64,000 bases of DNA, from assembly GCA_964016885.1 (NCBI GenBank), contig OZ024741.1, positions 266,724,001 to 266,788,000 of the forward strand, read 5' to 3'. The translations under genes and the position numbers were made by a program. Origin of the DNA: Eledone cirrhosa. Lineage: Eukaryota. Position 1 is the first letter of the stretch. Every line of letters starts with the position of its first letter. Below the pieces are notes generated by a model. That model did not search any database. It was given only the letters and a program-made list of their open reading frames with translations, and was not told the origin of the DNA. Of this stretch, positions 28,119 through 41,909 are shown one piece after another.

Positions 28119-28413
28119 TCTAAAGTCTGTCTTAAGCCAGAAGGCTCATTTGGCCGGTGCTTGTCCCGGTTTCATCGCGTGAAGCGACTGAGAGTACAAG
28201 ACCCCCCCCCCCCCCCCTGGACAGGACACCAGTCCATCGCAGGGTTAAACCCCGAGTTATTGCTGGTACTCATTTTCAGCTGAGTAAACTAGAGCAACGT
28301 GAATTAAAGTGTCTTGCTCAAGGAAACAACACATCACCCGGTCCGAGAATTGAACTCACAACCTTTTCGATTGCAAGCCTGATGTTCTAACCCCTAAGCC
28401 ATGCGCCTTCACA
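28114..28413 (-). mobile_element. tRNA-derived SINE family B, full length
   Basis: Minus strand: A box tggcttaggggttag, B box gagttcaattctc, then ttgagcaagacactt and cctgcgatggactgg. Matches 60373-60652. Confidence 0.88.
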
Positions 28414-28494
28414 CACTGACACAGGAACGCTGCTACTCAGCCGTTAATATGCATAAGGTAAGTATATACGTTCAACAATCTGGCAGGAAGGTAT

Positions 28495-28537
28495 ACGTTG
28501 CTGACGATAGCTAATAAGCTTGAAACTAGTACAGCGT
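28495..28537 (+). ncRNA. Minimal type I hammerhead (family R copy 28413-28744)
   Basis: acgttg CTGACGA t agct-aata-agct t GAAAC ta GTA cagcgt. Confidence 0.85.
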
Positions 28538-28740
28538 TCCTGTGTCAGTGTTGAACAAACGAGCAACGATGGTTGCTAGACACTACGGCTTAATACGGGA
28601 TGTTTGTTTACAAACACACCCAGCATTATAATAAATGTTCGGTGAATCCATACGTACATATATATATATGTGTGCATGTATGTATATATATATACATACT
28701 TCTGTACGTCTGTATACATATATGTATGTACGTGTACATA

Positions 28741-28805
<65 letters not shown>

Positions 28806-29863
28806 TTAGGTTTGTTGGTTCACCACTGGATAGAATTCCGTATGGTCAATCTTGGTGTAATATTGTGGCGAGTACTCAACGTACCCGGCTGCGCGATGGG
28901 CGCTCAGAAAGTTCAGCCTTCCTTGAATGCTTGGAAAAATAAATTTCCCCTCTTTCGGTAAACGAAATTACTCGAAGCGGCTTACTTTGCCCCGTGCCCG
29001 CCGCACCACCTGTTTTGGCCGCCATATTATACTTATCCCTATAAACTCTAGGCTTAGGCATAACTGTTAGCTGTATCATGCCTCTGCTGGCACGTAAATA
29101 AACCCCTCATGTGTGAATTAATAGTATTCGTTTGGTATTGACGATGGCCTGTTGAAATTGTAGACTTCCCGCTAGCACACCCGGGTCCTAGGGTAGCTAC
29201 GTTCCTAGAGTACTCGGAAAAATTAATTTCCATTTCTTTCGCTGGACGATACCACTCGAAACTGACTGACACGTGGTTAGGAGGTGCTGGCTGGGATTCA
29301 CAATCGAAGGCTTTAATCTTTACTCTATTATCCCACCCTATCTTATCGAGAGTAGCTTTTTCATATAAGACTCTCTCTGTAAGTTCATTAAATAAATTTT
29401 TTTAATTTATTTTCCAATTTTCAATTTATTATTTTTTAATTTAATTTCATCCTATAACTCGTAACATAAGTTTAACGTTCCAATTTTCTGTTCACACATT
29501 AGACCATACAGACACCCATATATATGCCTTTGTTAAAATATAGATTCTTTAGAATAACATTTTTCGCGGCGTTTTCTAGCTTGACTGTAGTGTGACCCTT
29601 ACGCTGACTTCTTTCTTTTCAGTGGCGAAACGCGCGTCACCTACTAATAAATGTAATGAAGGAGTAACCAATCGTCCTTGTTATCTTTTCAATATATATA
29701 TATATATATATATATATTTTGAGTATATGTTGGTTGTATACCAACACTTCAGTATGCAGGCTGGAGCACTCGACGAAGTGCGCAGGTTGGTTTGGTTACT
29801 CCGGAGTAATGTAAAATAAAGTTAGATAAAAAGTCAAATGTTTAAAATTTAGCTTCGTTTATT

Positions 29864-29918
29864 ACTGCTATATATATTTCATTGACAGCCATTTTTGGCT
29901 GTGACCTCTTCAGGCAGT
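29864..29918 (-). ncRNA. Type I hammerhead ribozyme
   Basis: actgc CTGAAGA ggtc acagcca-aaaa-tggctgt caat GAAAT atat ATA gcagt. The flank 29813-29868 is inverted at 30082-30140. Confidence 0.75.
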
Positions 29919-30132
29919 CCGAATTAGTATGGTATAGACAAATACATATGTTGTTGAGGTGTATAATATTGTCAATACTCTGATATGCCCAGTTCCTGGT
30001 TGGGTTGTTATTTCACTGAGGAACTGGAATCATATGATTCCAGTAATAAACGAAGCAGTAATAAACGAAGTAATAAACGAAAGCAGTAATAAACGAAGCT
30101 AAATTTTAAACATTTGACTTTTTATCTAACTT

Positions 30133-30180
<48 letters not shown>

Positions 30181-30399
30181 GATAACAAAATATCGTTATA
30201 GGTAATCCAGTTAGAGGTTGTGAATACTTCTTATTATGGATAGTTTTAGCGTACGGCGTTGTTTGACTCAACAAAAGGTTTACGTAGTCGACGAGTTTAT
30301 GATTTCCCTTGTATGCCTATGTAAGTTTATCTTGGAGTAATAAAATTGAAAAGTGGTCAACAGTACAAAAAAGGGAATTTATTTACAGGGGATTTATCA

Positions 30400-30511
30400 A
30401 CAGTTTCTGATGATCTGATCGAGCTAGCATCGTATTTGAAATTGTGTGGCACTGCTTCTAGTGTTCAGCAATTTTTAGACAACTTTATCAGAGAAACAAT
30501 TGTTAGACTGT
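30400..30511 (+). ncRNA. Type I hammerhead with long helix II insertion
   Basis: acagttt CTGATGA tctgat..(about 65 nt)..atcaga GAAAC aatt GTT agactgt. The downstream tail is shared with 50945-51000. Confidence 0.8.
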
Positions 30512-30561
30512 AAATAAATCCCCTTTTTTGTACTGTTGACCATGTTATTCTCCACTTTTTC

Positions 30562-30631
<70 letters not shown>

Positions 30632-30901
30632 TTGTATGTATGTATATAAGAAATTTTGAGAGAAAACTCATATATTCGAACTGTTCATAGAATACACGAA
30701 AAACATTTTTCTAAAATATTTAATATTTAATATTTGATAAGATTGTTATACCGATCGAAACCGGTTATATTTAATGCCACAATTATAAAATTGTTTATTC
30801 TGTCGGATTAAAGAAAAAATAATCTTCAAATATACTTCTGTGCATTTTCACCTTCACTTTTTAACTATATACACACACACACACACATATATGTGTGTGT
30901 G

Positions 30902-30971
<70 letters not shown>

Positions 30972-30983
30972 TACATATATATA

Positions 30984-31579
30984 CAATGGCGGACTGGGTC
31001 TAAAAATATCAGGTGCCAGGAGATGAAGGGGGCTCACCTACATATAGAATGCTCTCATTTAATTTTGATTTTGAAAGTAGGTTTATAATTATTAACTTTC
31101 ATCATACTTTTGTAGCTGTCTCGGCGGCCTAGTTGGAGGAATCATAGACGGTGGTGATCCTGGTCTGAAGTTCGGGCGTAGGGTACCCGGTAAACCTTTT
31201 CAGTTTTTATTTTACATCCCATAGAAAAAAAATGGATTACATGTATCTCTTAACCAGGATTGAACCCAATGCCAGGATCTCCACCGTCTCTAGTACCTAC
31301 CGCTAGGCCACCGAGACAACTGCGAAAAACTTATGAAAATTCATACTTATAGACCTACTTTCAAAATTTTCAAAACAAAATGATGTGGTGTCGTTGACCA
31401 AATGCTTTGCTTAATTGTTTTATTTATTTTTTTTTTAAATGTTATTCTTTCTCTTATTTCTTCAGGTATTTTTTGAAAGCTAAGCATTGGCCCCTAAAAT
31501 ACTACAGTGGGCCTTGCACTGCCACCTTGGGCCCCCTGGGGCCCACTTGCCATTGGGCAACCTGGCCAGTCCGCCACTG
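30984..31579. mobile_element. MITE with CA(A/G)TGGCGGACTGG terminal inverted repeats (hAT-like)
   Basis: caatggcggactgg ... ccagtccgccactg. Target-site duplication not clean (TA-rich flanks). Confidence 0.7.
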
Positions 31580-31690
31580 TAAATAAATATATATATATTT
31601 ATATATATATACGGAAAATAAGAAAAAAAATAGAAAATGCAAATAGGATTTTCTCATAGAATAACAGCAAAACATTTTTTAAAAGTAATT

Positions 31691-31738
31691 TATAGTACCG
31701 GTTTCAGCCGATAATTATTTCGGCTTCTTCATGCTATA
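31691..31738 (-). ncRNA. Hammerhead with a 1-nt insertion in the core (probably inactive)
   Basis: tatag CATGAAGA agccga-aataatta-tcggct GAAAC cg GTA ctata. Confidence 0.65.
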
Positions 31739-31924
31739 GGAAATATGATAAAAAGTATATAATAAAATTAAGGTGTATATTAATTAGAAGAGGGTATTAG
31801 AGAATATAGTTTACATATATATAAAAGTTTACATTTTCGTTTATCTCTTTCTCTCTTTCTCTCTTCTTTGGTGGCTTGGTGGCAGTAGCAGCTAAAATAG
31901 AAGTTGTCTTGTTCCCTGTTATAG

Positions 31925-31986
<62 letters not shown>

Positions 31987-32056
31987 CACGCACGCACACA
32001 CACGCACGCACACACACACACCACGCACGCACACGCATGCACACACACACACACAT

Positions 32057-32089
<33 letters not shown>

Positions 32090-32154
32090 GCCAATAAAGG
32101 AAACAAAACAAAAACATACAAATGCGAGAAGGAAGAATAACCAGGATTTAAATT

Positions 32155-32324
32155 TACTGATTACATAAGACAGTGTAACATAGACCGTTCAATTTCTGTG
32201 TATATTGTCAATTACGATTTTATTTGATGTATCATATCTACATGCATATATATTTGTGTATAATATCAATATACACACTACACATGCTAGAAGAAAACCA
32301 CCCGAAGGGTGGTTTTTCTGCTAG
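32155..32324 (+). mobile_element. Helitron-like 3' end fragment
   Basis: Hairpin aaaaccaccc-gaa-gggtggtttt then ctgCTAG|T. Same family as 41910-42399 and 52012-52445. Confidence 0.55.
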
Positions 32325-32468
32325 TAATTATAATGATTAAACGATTTATGTAACTTCAGCATCTTATTTTGTTATTTCTATAAAAATCTCCATCGTAACT
32401 AAAAACTGCGATTGTTGTGATCGTTCTCCTGCTTGCTCCTGTTTTTAACAAAACAATCTCTTCGGAAC

Positions 32469-32573
<105 letters not shown>

Positions 32574-33021
32574 AACAAGGGGAGAAGAATACTGCATGGT
32601 TGCACATGGATTACATATTATAAAATTAGTCCCTCATCAGTGATTTGCCAACCATCATTGGTATTTCATCGCATTAAAAATCATACACCTCAGGTTGGTG
32701 CGAGCAATAACTAAAATAAGCTATTGGGACAAGTGAAACGCGTAAAGCGAGTGAGACAAGTAAACAACAGAAGGAAAAGCAAACCGAAGGTTGGGAAAAC
32801 AGCAAGCAACATGATAGTTATCCGATCAGCATACGCTGGGTGAATTTCATGAGCGGTCAGAGAAGCAGACCGTACGCAGTGAATGGGGTGTAAGAAAGAA
32901 GGAATCCCACTACTAGCTAACGGGAGGAAGTGAGAAGGGGAGAAACAGAGAGTGAGTGAGTGGAAGTGCGAGGAAGAGGTCAGTCGAGAGAAAGTGTTAA
33001 CTGACACACAGTATATATATC

Positions 33022-33190
33022 CAGGTAAAATTCCGTTATAACGAATACCATTATAACAAATTGTTCAGTATAATGAATTTTCAATCCCCGGCCACACGCT
33101 CGATGTGTTTCGGTCGATCTCGTTATAAAGAATTTTTCGTTACAATAAATTTGTTTATATTCCGTGAATTTCGTTATAACGGAATTTCAC

Positions 33191-33192
<2 letters not shown>
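33022..33192. mobile_element. Small MITE with pogo/Tigger-like terminal inverted repeats
   Basis: cag..aaattccgttataacgaa / ttcgttataacggaatttcactg, plus internal cgttataa repeats. Confidence 0.7.
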
Positions 33193-33224
<32 letters not shown>

Positions 33225-33559
33225 ACATCATCGGCATAACCATTTAACATATTTCCTATGTTTGCATGGGTTAGATGGGTTGTCATGTTATGAGACAAGT
33301 TAGGTCAGGTGACCAAATCTTGTTCATATGGAACTGTTTCTGGCTTGGTTTCTACGGTGGAATGCCCTCCCTAATGCTAACCATATTACAGTGTAGTCTT
33401 AGTACTTTTGATCATAGCACCAAAACAACCATCTGACAAGGTGGGCTGGATGCTTTCTCACCGTACTACTAGAACGACACAGTGAACTGGGTGCTTTTGG
33501 CATGTCACCAGCATGAACACCTTACAGAGTAGACTAGGTGGTTATATATATATGTGTGT

Positions 33560-33808
33560 GAGTGACAGCTCACACCTATGCAGGTTTAGCTGGCCTCCTC
33601 CAAGGTATATCTCGTTGGAGGTGTCTTGGGTAATTTAATGATAGGGAGCCCAGTCCCTATCATCTCATTTGTACAGCTGAGTAAACTGGAGCAACGTGAA
33701 ATAAAGTGTCTTGCTCAAGGAAACAACACATCACCCGGTCCGAGAATTGAACTCACAACCTTTCGATTGCAAGCCCAATGCTCTAACCACTAAGCCATGC
33801 GCCTTCAC
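33560..33808 (-). mobile_element. SINE family B (same head as 28114-28413, different tail)
   Basis: gtgaaggcgcatggcttagtggttagagc...gagttcaattctcgg...ttgagcaagacactt. Confidence 0.85.
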
Positions 33809-33959
33809 ATATATATACATACTTTGCTTTGCAAGATTTCTTATCTGAAAAGTGTCTTGAAACAGATACTGTTATACTTTGGGAGGGTCATGCTGGCAAT
33901 AAAAACACAATTAATCATAAATGTCTAGTTGGTTGGTGGTTGGATAACCGGATGTTCAA

Positions 33960-34019
<60 letters not shown>

Positions 34020-34054
34020 AAGATTTGAATGGATACAGTTTAGTTGAAAGGAAT

Positions 34055-34175
34055 TTATTGACACGTGTTTCTATAACAGTTACATAACCTGAAAACAGCT
34101 GCTATCTACAAAGTTTTAGTTATGCAGACATTCAATATTTCAATGTTATTATTTACTGTCATTTCATCAGAATAA
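34055..34175 (-). ncRNA. Type I hammerhead with long helix II insertion
   Basis: ttatt CTGATGA a atgacagt...actgttat a GAAAC acgt GTC aataa. Confidence 0.75.
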
Positions 34176-34242
34176 TATTACTGAGGACCTATTTAGTTTT
34201 TATAGAGAATATTGGAATATATATATATATATATATATATAT

Positions 34243-34340
34243 AACGAAGGAGTTGTGGTAAGGAACCAGATGGACCAAAACACACCAGAGTACTCAATAC
34301 TTAGGGTAGTAGAGTGGGTAATAGGAAAATGTATGACCCC
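34243..34340 (-). mobile_element. Family H1 3' segment starting at GGGGTCATAC
   Basis: Near-identical to 37-138 in reverse complement. Confidence 0.9.
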
Positions 34341-34394
34341 AAAAATATGGAACGCTTCACGAATTTGCGTGTCATTCTTGCGCAGGGGCCCTGC
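34341..34394 (-). pseudogene. U6: U6 snRNA 3'-half retrocopy
   Basis: Minus strand GCAgGGCCCCTGCGCAAGaATGACACGCAAATTCGTGAAGCGTTCCATATTTTT. This has two mismatches to the metazoan U6 3' half as I recall it. 5'-truncated. Confidence 0.95.
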
Positions 34395-34407
34395 ATATAT
34401 ATATATA

Positions 34408-34836
34408 TTTAATTGTAGAATTAAATCTAACTGTCCTTTAAATAATAACTGTTTAGTTAAAAATGTGGTTTACAAATGTAATGTTAAAACCAACGATAAT
34501 TCTTTCAATTATGTTGGCTCTACTTCTATTGACTCCAAATCTCGTTTCAACAACCATAAATGTTCGTTTAGGAATATTGGTAAAAAATCTTCAACTTCTC
34601 TATCCAACTTATTATGGAACTTAAAATCCAAGAATATAAACTATTCTTTATCTTGGAATATTGTTTCGAATGAACATGCCTACATAAACACCTCTTTATC
34701 CAAATTTTGCAACCTATGCGTTGAAGAAATATTCTTTATACTTAAATGTAAGAACTCCATTAATTTACGTAATAATTTATTTAGTTCTTGTAAACATCAA
34801 TTAAATTCAACTTTTAGATATATATATAAAATGTAA
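34408..34836 (+). pseudogene. Penelope-like GIY-YIG endonuclease fragment (5'-truncated)
   Basis: NC...NCPL...C....VVYKC.V......YVGST....KSRF..H..SF......TSLS..LW.LK......SW.I......Y......CNLC.EE...I......N.R......CKH. Same motif order as 2004-2498. Followed by a very AT-rich tail to 35862. Confidence 0.88.
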
Positions 34837-35862
34837 TAACACGTATAATCTTCCTTACATAATGCTTACTCTATCCAAACACCTATAATCTCATTTCTTA
34901 AATTATATACATATATATTCAGAAATTTAATTGTAATTTTAATTACTTCTTAAATATATAATACACTTCTTAAATTTCTAATATTTCTTCATATATACCT
35001 TACCTTTACTTCCAAAAATATCTAATAATCCTTCTGGATTGAATACTTGAAAATTTTTAAATGGTATCTTAAGATGTTTTTGGAAATGTTTTTGAAAATG
35101 TTTTGAAAGTTTTTTAAGAGTGTTATTGAAAATTATAAAATTATTCCTTTAGGCTAACTAATATTTTAATATTTTCGAAATTAATATTTTTTGAAATTTA
35201 TACTTTCCAATACTCTAAACCACTTTTAAATATTTTAAATATTTTTAATATTTTAAATATTTAACTACTTCCAAATAATTCTGAATACTTCTTTATATTT
35301 CGAATAATTTAGGTTCTGATTATAATTTACAAATAGGTTGTAAACATTATAAATGATTTGTGTATATTAGGAGTTTTCTGAGATTTCTAAAAAAATTTCT
35401 AAAAATCTCTTAACACTTCTTTATAGGTTTTATAATCTTAATTTTTATAGTCAGAATTTCTAAATGGTTTTAGTATATACTTTTAATTAAGTAATTTTTC
35501 GTAACCTTGGTAATTTTTCCTAAGTACGTAAGATTTGACTTACAACTGGTAATAAATTCTGGCTAAATATATTTTTGTCAAACCCATCTCATAATAACTA
35601 ATAAATAAACAAATCTTGATTCTCAATATTTTTTCCAATGTAAAACATAATACAGTTAAATAATTTATCATCTATAACATGACATATAATTTAAAATGCA
35701 TCTTTAATGTAATATATCCGTATTTTGGAACTTAACACTATTTTTAATTTATCATTATCATTAATTTATCATTTTTATCTTATCATATTTTTTAATCTAA
35801 ACATAACAAAAAAAATGTATTTACGAAATATGGATTCATCCCTTGATAAGCTTATTTCGTTC

Positions 35863-36061
35863 NNNNNNNNNNNNNNNNNNNNNNNNNNNNNNNNNNNNNN
35901 NNNNNNNNNNNNNNNNNNNNNNNNNNNNNNNNNNNNNNNNNNNNNNNNNNNNNNNNNNNNNNNNNNNNNNNNNNNNNNNNNNNNNNNNNNNNNNNNNNNN
36001 NNNNNNNNNNNNNNNNNNNNNNNNNNNNNNNNNNNNNNNNNNNNNNNNNNNNNNNNNNNNN
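35863..36061. other. Assembly gap
   Basis: Run of N. Confidence 1.
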
Positions 36062-37602
36062 NCTTACACTTGGCCAACCTCTGCACCTCCAAAACTTACA
36101 CTTGGCCAAGTTCTGCACCTCCAAAACCTAGACCTGGCCAACTTCTGCACCTCCAAAACTTACACTTCGCCAAGTTCTGCACCTCCAAAACTTACACTTG
36201 GCCAAGTTCTGCACCTCCAAAACTTACACTTGGCCAAGTTCTGCACCTCCAAAACTTACACTTGGCCAACTTTTGCACCTCCAAAACCTAGACCTGGCCA
36301 ACCTCTGCACCTCCAAAACTTACACTTGGCCAACCTCTGCACCTCCAAAACTTACACTTGGCCAAGTTCTGCACCTCCAAAACTTACACTTGTCCAAGTT
36401 CTGCACCTCCAAAACTTACACTTGTCCAAGTTCTGCACCTCCAAAACTTACACTTGGCCAAGTTCTGCACCTCCAAAACTTACATTTGGCCAACCTCTGC
36501 ACCTCCAAAACTTACACTTGGCCAACCTCTGCACCTCCAAAACTTACACTTGGCCAACCTCTGCACCTCCAAAACTTACACTTGGCCAACCTCTGCACCT
36601 CCAAAACTTACACTTGGCCAACTTCTGCACCTCCAAAACTTACACTTGGCTAACCTCTGCACCTCTAAAACTTACACTTGGCCAAGTTCTACACCTCCAA
36701 AACTTACACTTGTCCAAGTTCTGCACCTCCAAAACTTACACTTGGCCAAGTTCTGCACCTCCAAAACTTACACTTGTCCAAGTTCTGCACCTCCAAAACT
36801 TACACTTGTCCAAGTTCTGCACCTCCAAAACTTACACTTGTCCAAGTTCTGCACCTCCAAAACTTACACTTGTCCAAGTTCTGCACCTCCAAAACTTACA
36901 CTTGGCCAAGTTCTGCACCTCCAAAACTTACATTTGGCCAACCTCTGCACCTCCAAAACTTACACTTGGCCAACCTCTGCACCTCCAAAACTTACACTTG
37001 GCCAACCTCTGCACCTCCAAAACTTACACTTGGCCAACCTCTGCACCTCCAAAACTTACACTTGGCCAACTTCTGCACCTCCAAAACTTACACTTGGCTA
37101 ACCTCTGCACCTCCAAAACTTACACTTGGCCAAGTTCTGCACCTCCAAAACTTACACTTGGCCAACCTCTGCACCTCCAAAACTTACACTTGGCCAACTT
37201 CTGCCAACTTCTGCACTCCAAAACTTACACTTGGCCAACCTCTGCACCTCCAAAACTTACACTTGGCCAACCTCTGCACCTCCAAAACTTACACTTGGCC
37301 AACCTCTGCACCTCCAAAACTTACACTTGGCCAAGTTCTGCACTTCCAAAACTTACACTTGGCCAACCTCTGCACCTCCAAAACTTACACTTGGCCAAGT
37401 TCTGCACCTCCAAAACTTACACTTGGCCAACCTCTGCACCTCCAAAACTTACACTTGGCAAGTTCTGCACCTCCAAAACTTACACTTGGCCAGTTCTGCA
37501 CCTCCAAAACTTACACTTGGCAAGTTCTGCACCTCCAAAACTTACACTTGGCCAAGTTCTGCACTCAAAACCTTACACTTGGCCAACCTCTGCACCTCCA
37601 AA
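36062..37602. repeat. 32-bp minisatellite, about 48 units, abutting the gap
   Basis: Unit cttacacttggccaacctctgcacctccaaaa. Confidence 0.97.
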
Positions 37603-37948
37603 CCGTAAACCTAGCCAACTTCTATTTTTGTTTTTGTTTCTGTTTAATGTAAGACCAACAGTTACCACGTGTGCCAGTCTCCCTTCTCCAAGGCACCAAT
37701 GTTGTCAAAAAAAAAAACAGGCAATATATAATACACGCTTGGTATCTATGTAATTGGGGGGGGGGGGGGGGGGGGCTCTCGAAACTTTAATAATCTTATA
37801 AATTTGGGATGCTATAGTTCCAACCAAACAGGATAAAACTTAATAACGGAATACAGAAGGTTCATACTGTAAAAAAATAGATCAAACTTGAACACAGTAA
37901 TACTTTTAATATAACCCCCTCACACACATACGTATAAATACACACACA

Positions 37949-38056
<108 letters not shown>

Positions 38057-38179
38057 GTGTGTGTGTGTATTAAGTATTTGCGTAGAAAAGGTAAAGGTAA
38101 GAAGAGTGCTGAATGTATTGTACAGAGCTATTTAATTATGTAATAAACAACACAGTAAATATAATTATAAGTAAAAGAT

Positions 38180-38252
38180 ATTTCATCTGATGACCGAAAC
38201 AGACGTTCCTGTTAGAAAACGTCTAACTTCGTGAAACCTTGGGTAATGGAAT
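38180..38252 (+). ncRNA. Type I hammerhead ribozyme (related to 1552-1621)
   Basis: atttcat CTGATGA c cgaa..agacgtt-loop-aacgtct..ttcg t GAAAC cttgg GTA atggaat. Confidence 0.8.
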
Positions 38253-38976
38253 AATTATATTGTGTTGTTTATTACATAAATAAATTAAAAATAAAATATA
38301 TATATACACACACGCGCACACATATATATATACACATATATTAGACACACACACGCTATATAGATACATACATACATACATATATATATATGTATATATA
38401 TATACATATACCATACACCACACACACACACACACACCACACACACACACACATACACACACACACATACACGCACACATATATATATGTGTGTGTATAC
38501 ACACACCCTGCAGCTGGTACATCCTGTACACGGATTTCAGCTTAAGGACCCATATCGTTGTTTTATCTCTCACCTGTCCATAAAGGTATTATGTCATATT
38601 TTAGGGAGATTTAACGGATAAAAAAGGGAGGTGGCAGGGGTGGCAGATAAGTTTGTTTCTTACGATTGGTTACTCAAGTTATAAAGGATCAAAGGGTGCA
38701 GTTCCTGGATCCTGTTAGAATTTCGTGTCCATCATGGAATGCTTACACCACACCATACCAGTTCACACCAGAATATCGCACCACCTCACCACACTACACC
38801 ACGCCACAACGCACCATACTATAAAGTATCACAGAATACCGCACTAGACAACACCACACCACACCACACCACACCATGTGCCACCATCCAGTACCTTAGA
38901 TACTACGTCACGTATACAATACTATAACCTCCTGATATGTTCTACCGTATCCTATGATACAATATCACATATTTTC

Positions 38977-39605
38977 CCCACAGTTCTACGTTATATCTAC
39001 CACACTTCCAACACAGTTCTACTCTATATCTACTACACTACACACTTCTACGTTATATCTACCACACTTTCCAACACAGTTCTACTCTATATCTACTACA
39101 CTACACAGTTCTACGCTATATCTACCACACTTCCAACACAGTTCTACTCTATATCTTACTACACTACACAGTCTACGCTATATCTACCACACTTCCAACA
39201 CAGTTCTACGCTATATCTACCACACTTCCCCCACAGTTCTACTCTATATCTACCACACTTCCAACACAGTTTCTACTCTATATCTACTACACTACACACT
39301 TCTACGCTATATCTACCACACTTCCCCCACAGTTCTACTCTATATCTACTACACTACACACTTCTACGCTATATCTACCACACTTCCAACACAGTTCTAC
39401 TCTATATCTACTACACTACACAGTTCTACGCTATATCTACCACACTTCCAACACAGTTCTACGCTATATCTACCATACTTTCCACACAGTTCTACTCTAT
39501 ATCTACCACACTTACCCCACAGTTCTATTCTATATCTACCAGACCTACCACATAGTTCTACGCTATATCTACCATACTCACCACATAGTTCTGCACTATA
39601 TCTAC
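38977..39605. repeat. Mixed 29/33-bp minisatellite
   Basis: Units cacagttctacgctatatctaccacacttccaa and cacagttctactctatatctactacacta. Confidence 0.92.
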
Positions 39606-40051
39606 ACAACACCCTACTATACTGTATGGAGTATGTTATATTGACCATTCACTATAATCTCATTAAAAACCATATCACATCATGTTGTAACACAGACTTG
39701 AAACTTTGAGCCCCTCCACACACAAACAAACACACACAACTTCCCATTACATCACCTTTTTAACACACTGCTCTACATAAACCAAACTATATACCATACT
39801 ATATACCATACTATATACCATACTATATAGCACATCATACCATATGATGCGATAATATTTACCACACCTTATCATACTAAACATCTATTGAGTTCTTGTG
39901 GATATCACTGAGGAGAAATATGGCGAAGATTTCCACAAGAAAGCTTAGGAAGTGGTGGCGGTTTTACACTGAGGACATATTGGATGAAGAAGTCATGTGG
40001 TCAGTTCTTATATCATCATCTCTTCTTTTGTTGATGGATTCTTTTGTTATT

Positions 40052-41440
<1,389 letters not shown>

Positions 41441-41909
41441 AAAGAAAAAGAGATGAAATCGAAAATGCAACTGGAGTCTTATTTTTTTTAAAAATATATA
41501 TATTTATTTGGTTCCTTTACCGGTTTTGCAGTTCTTCTGCTTTTCAAAAGGTGAGTTGAGATGGAGGGTCTGTGGTTTTTCTCAATATATATTTATATAT
41601 TAGTATAGTTGATATGAAGCATTATAAGATATGTAATATATGACTAAGTTCCAGAAAGCCGATACAATGGAGGTAGAAATATATAAAGGACAAAGGATAA
41701 CAAATAAAACAAAACAAAGTAATGTTTTACCCAGTATATTTCAACATGATATTTCAGGGCTAACACCCCTTTTTCAAATGTAAAAATGAAAACAGTTCAA
41801 AACAAAACGAACGGTCTATATGTTCTTCCCTATCTGGTCTAAGTGTCTAGACTTCGCATGCGTGGAGCAGTCATAGTAGCCACTCTACTCCGCGGAGTTT
41901 TAATTTACT

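Noticed and set aside
32600-32650. CTGATGA on the minus strand (also at 59213-59219) as hammerheads
   Set aside because: No correctly placed GAAA and NUH with pairing helices.
34255-34836. 193-aa ORF as a single gene
   Set aside because: It is a chance read-through of antisense H1, antisense U6, a TA tract and the GIY-YIG fragment.
35843-37753. Leucine-rich-repeat-like ORFs
   Set aside because: The 32-bp unit cycles through all three frames, so this is a tandem DNA artefact.
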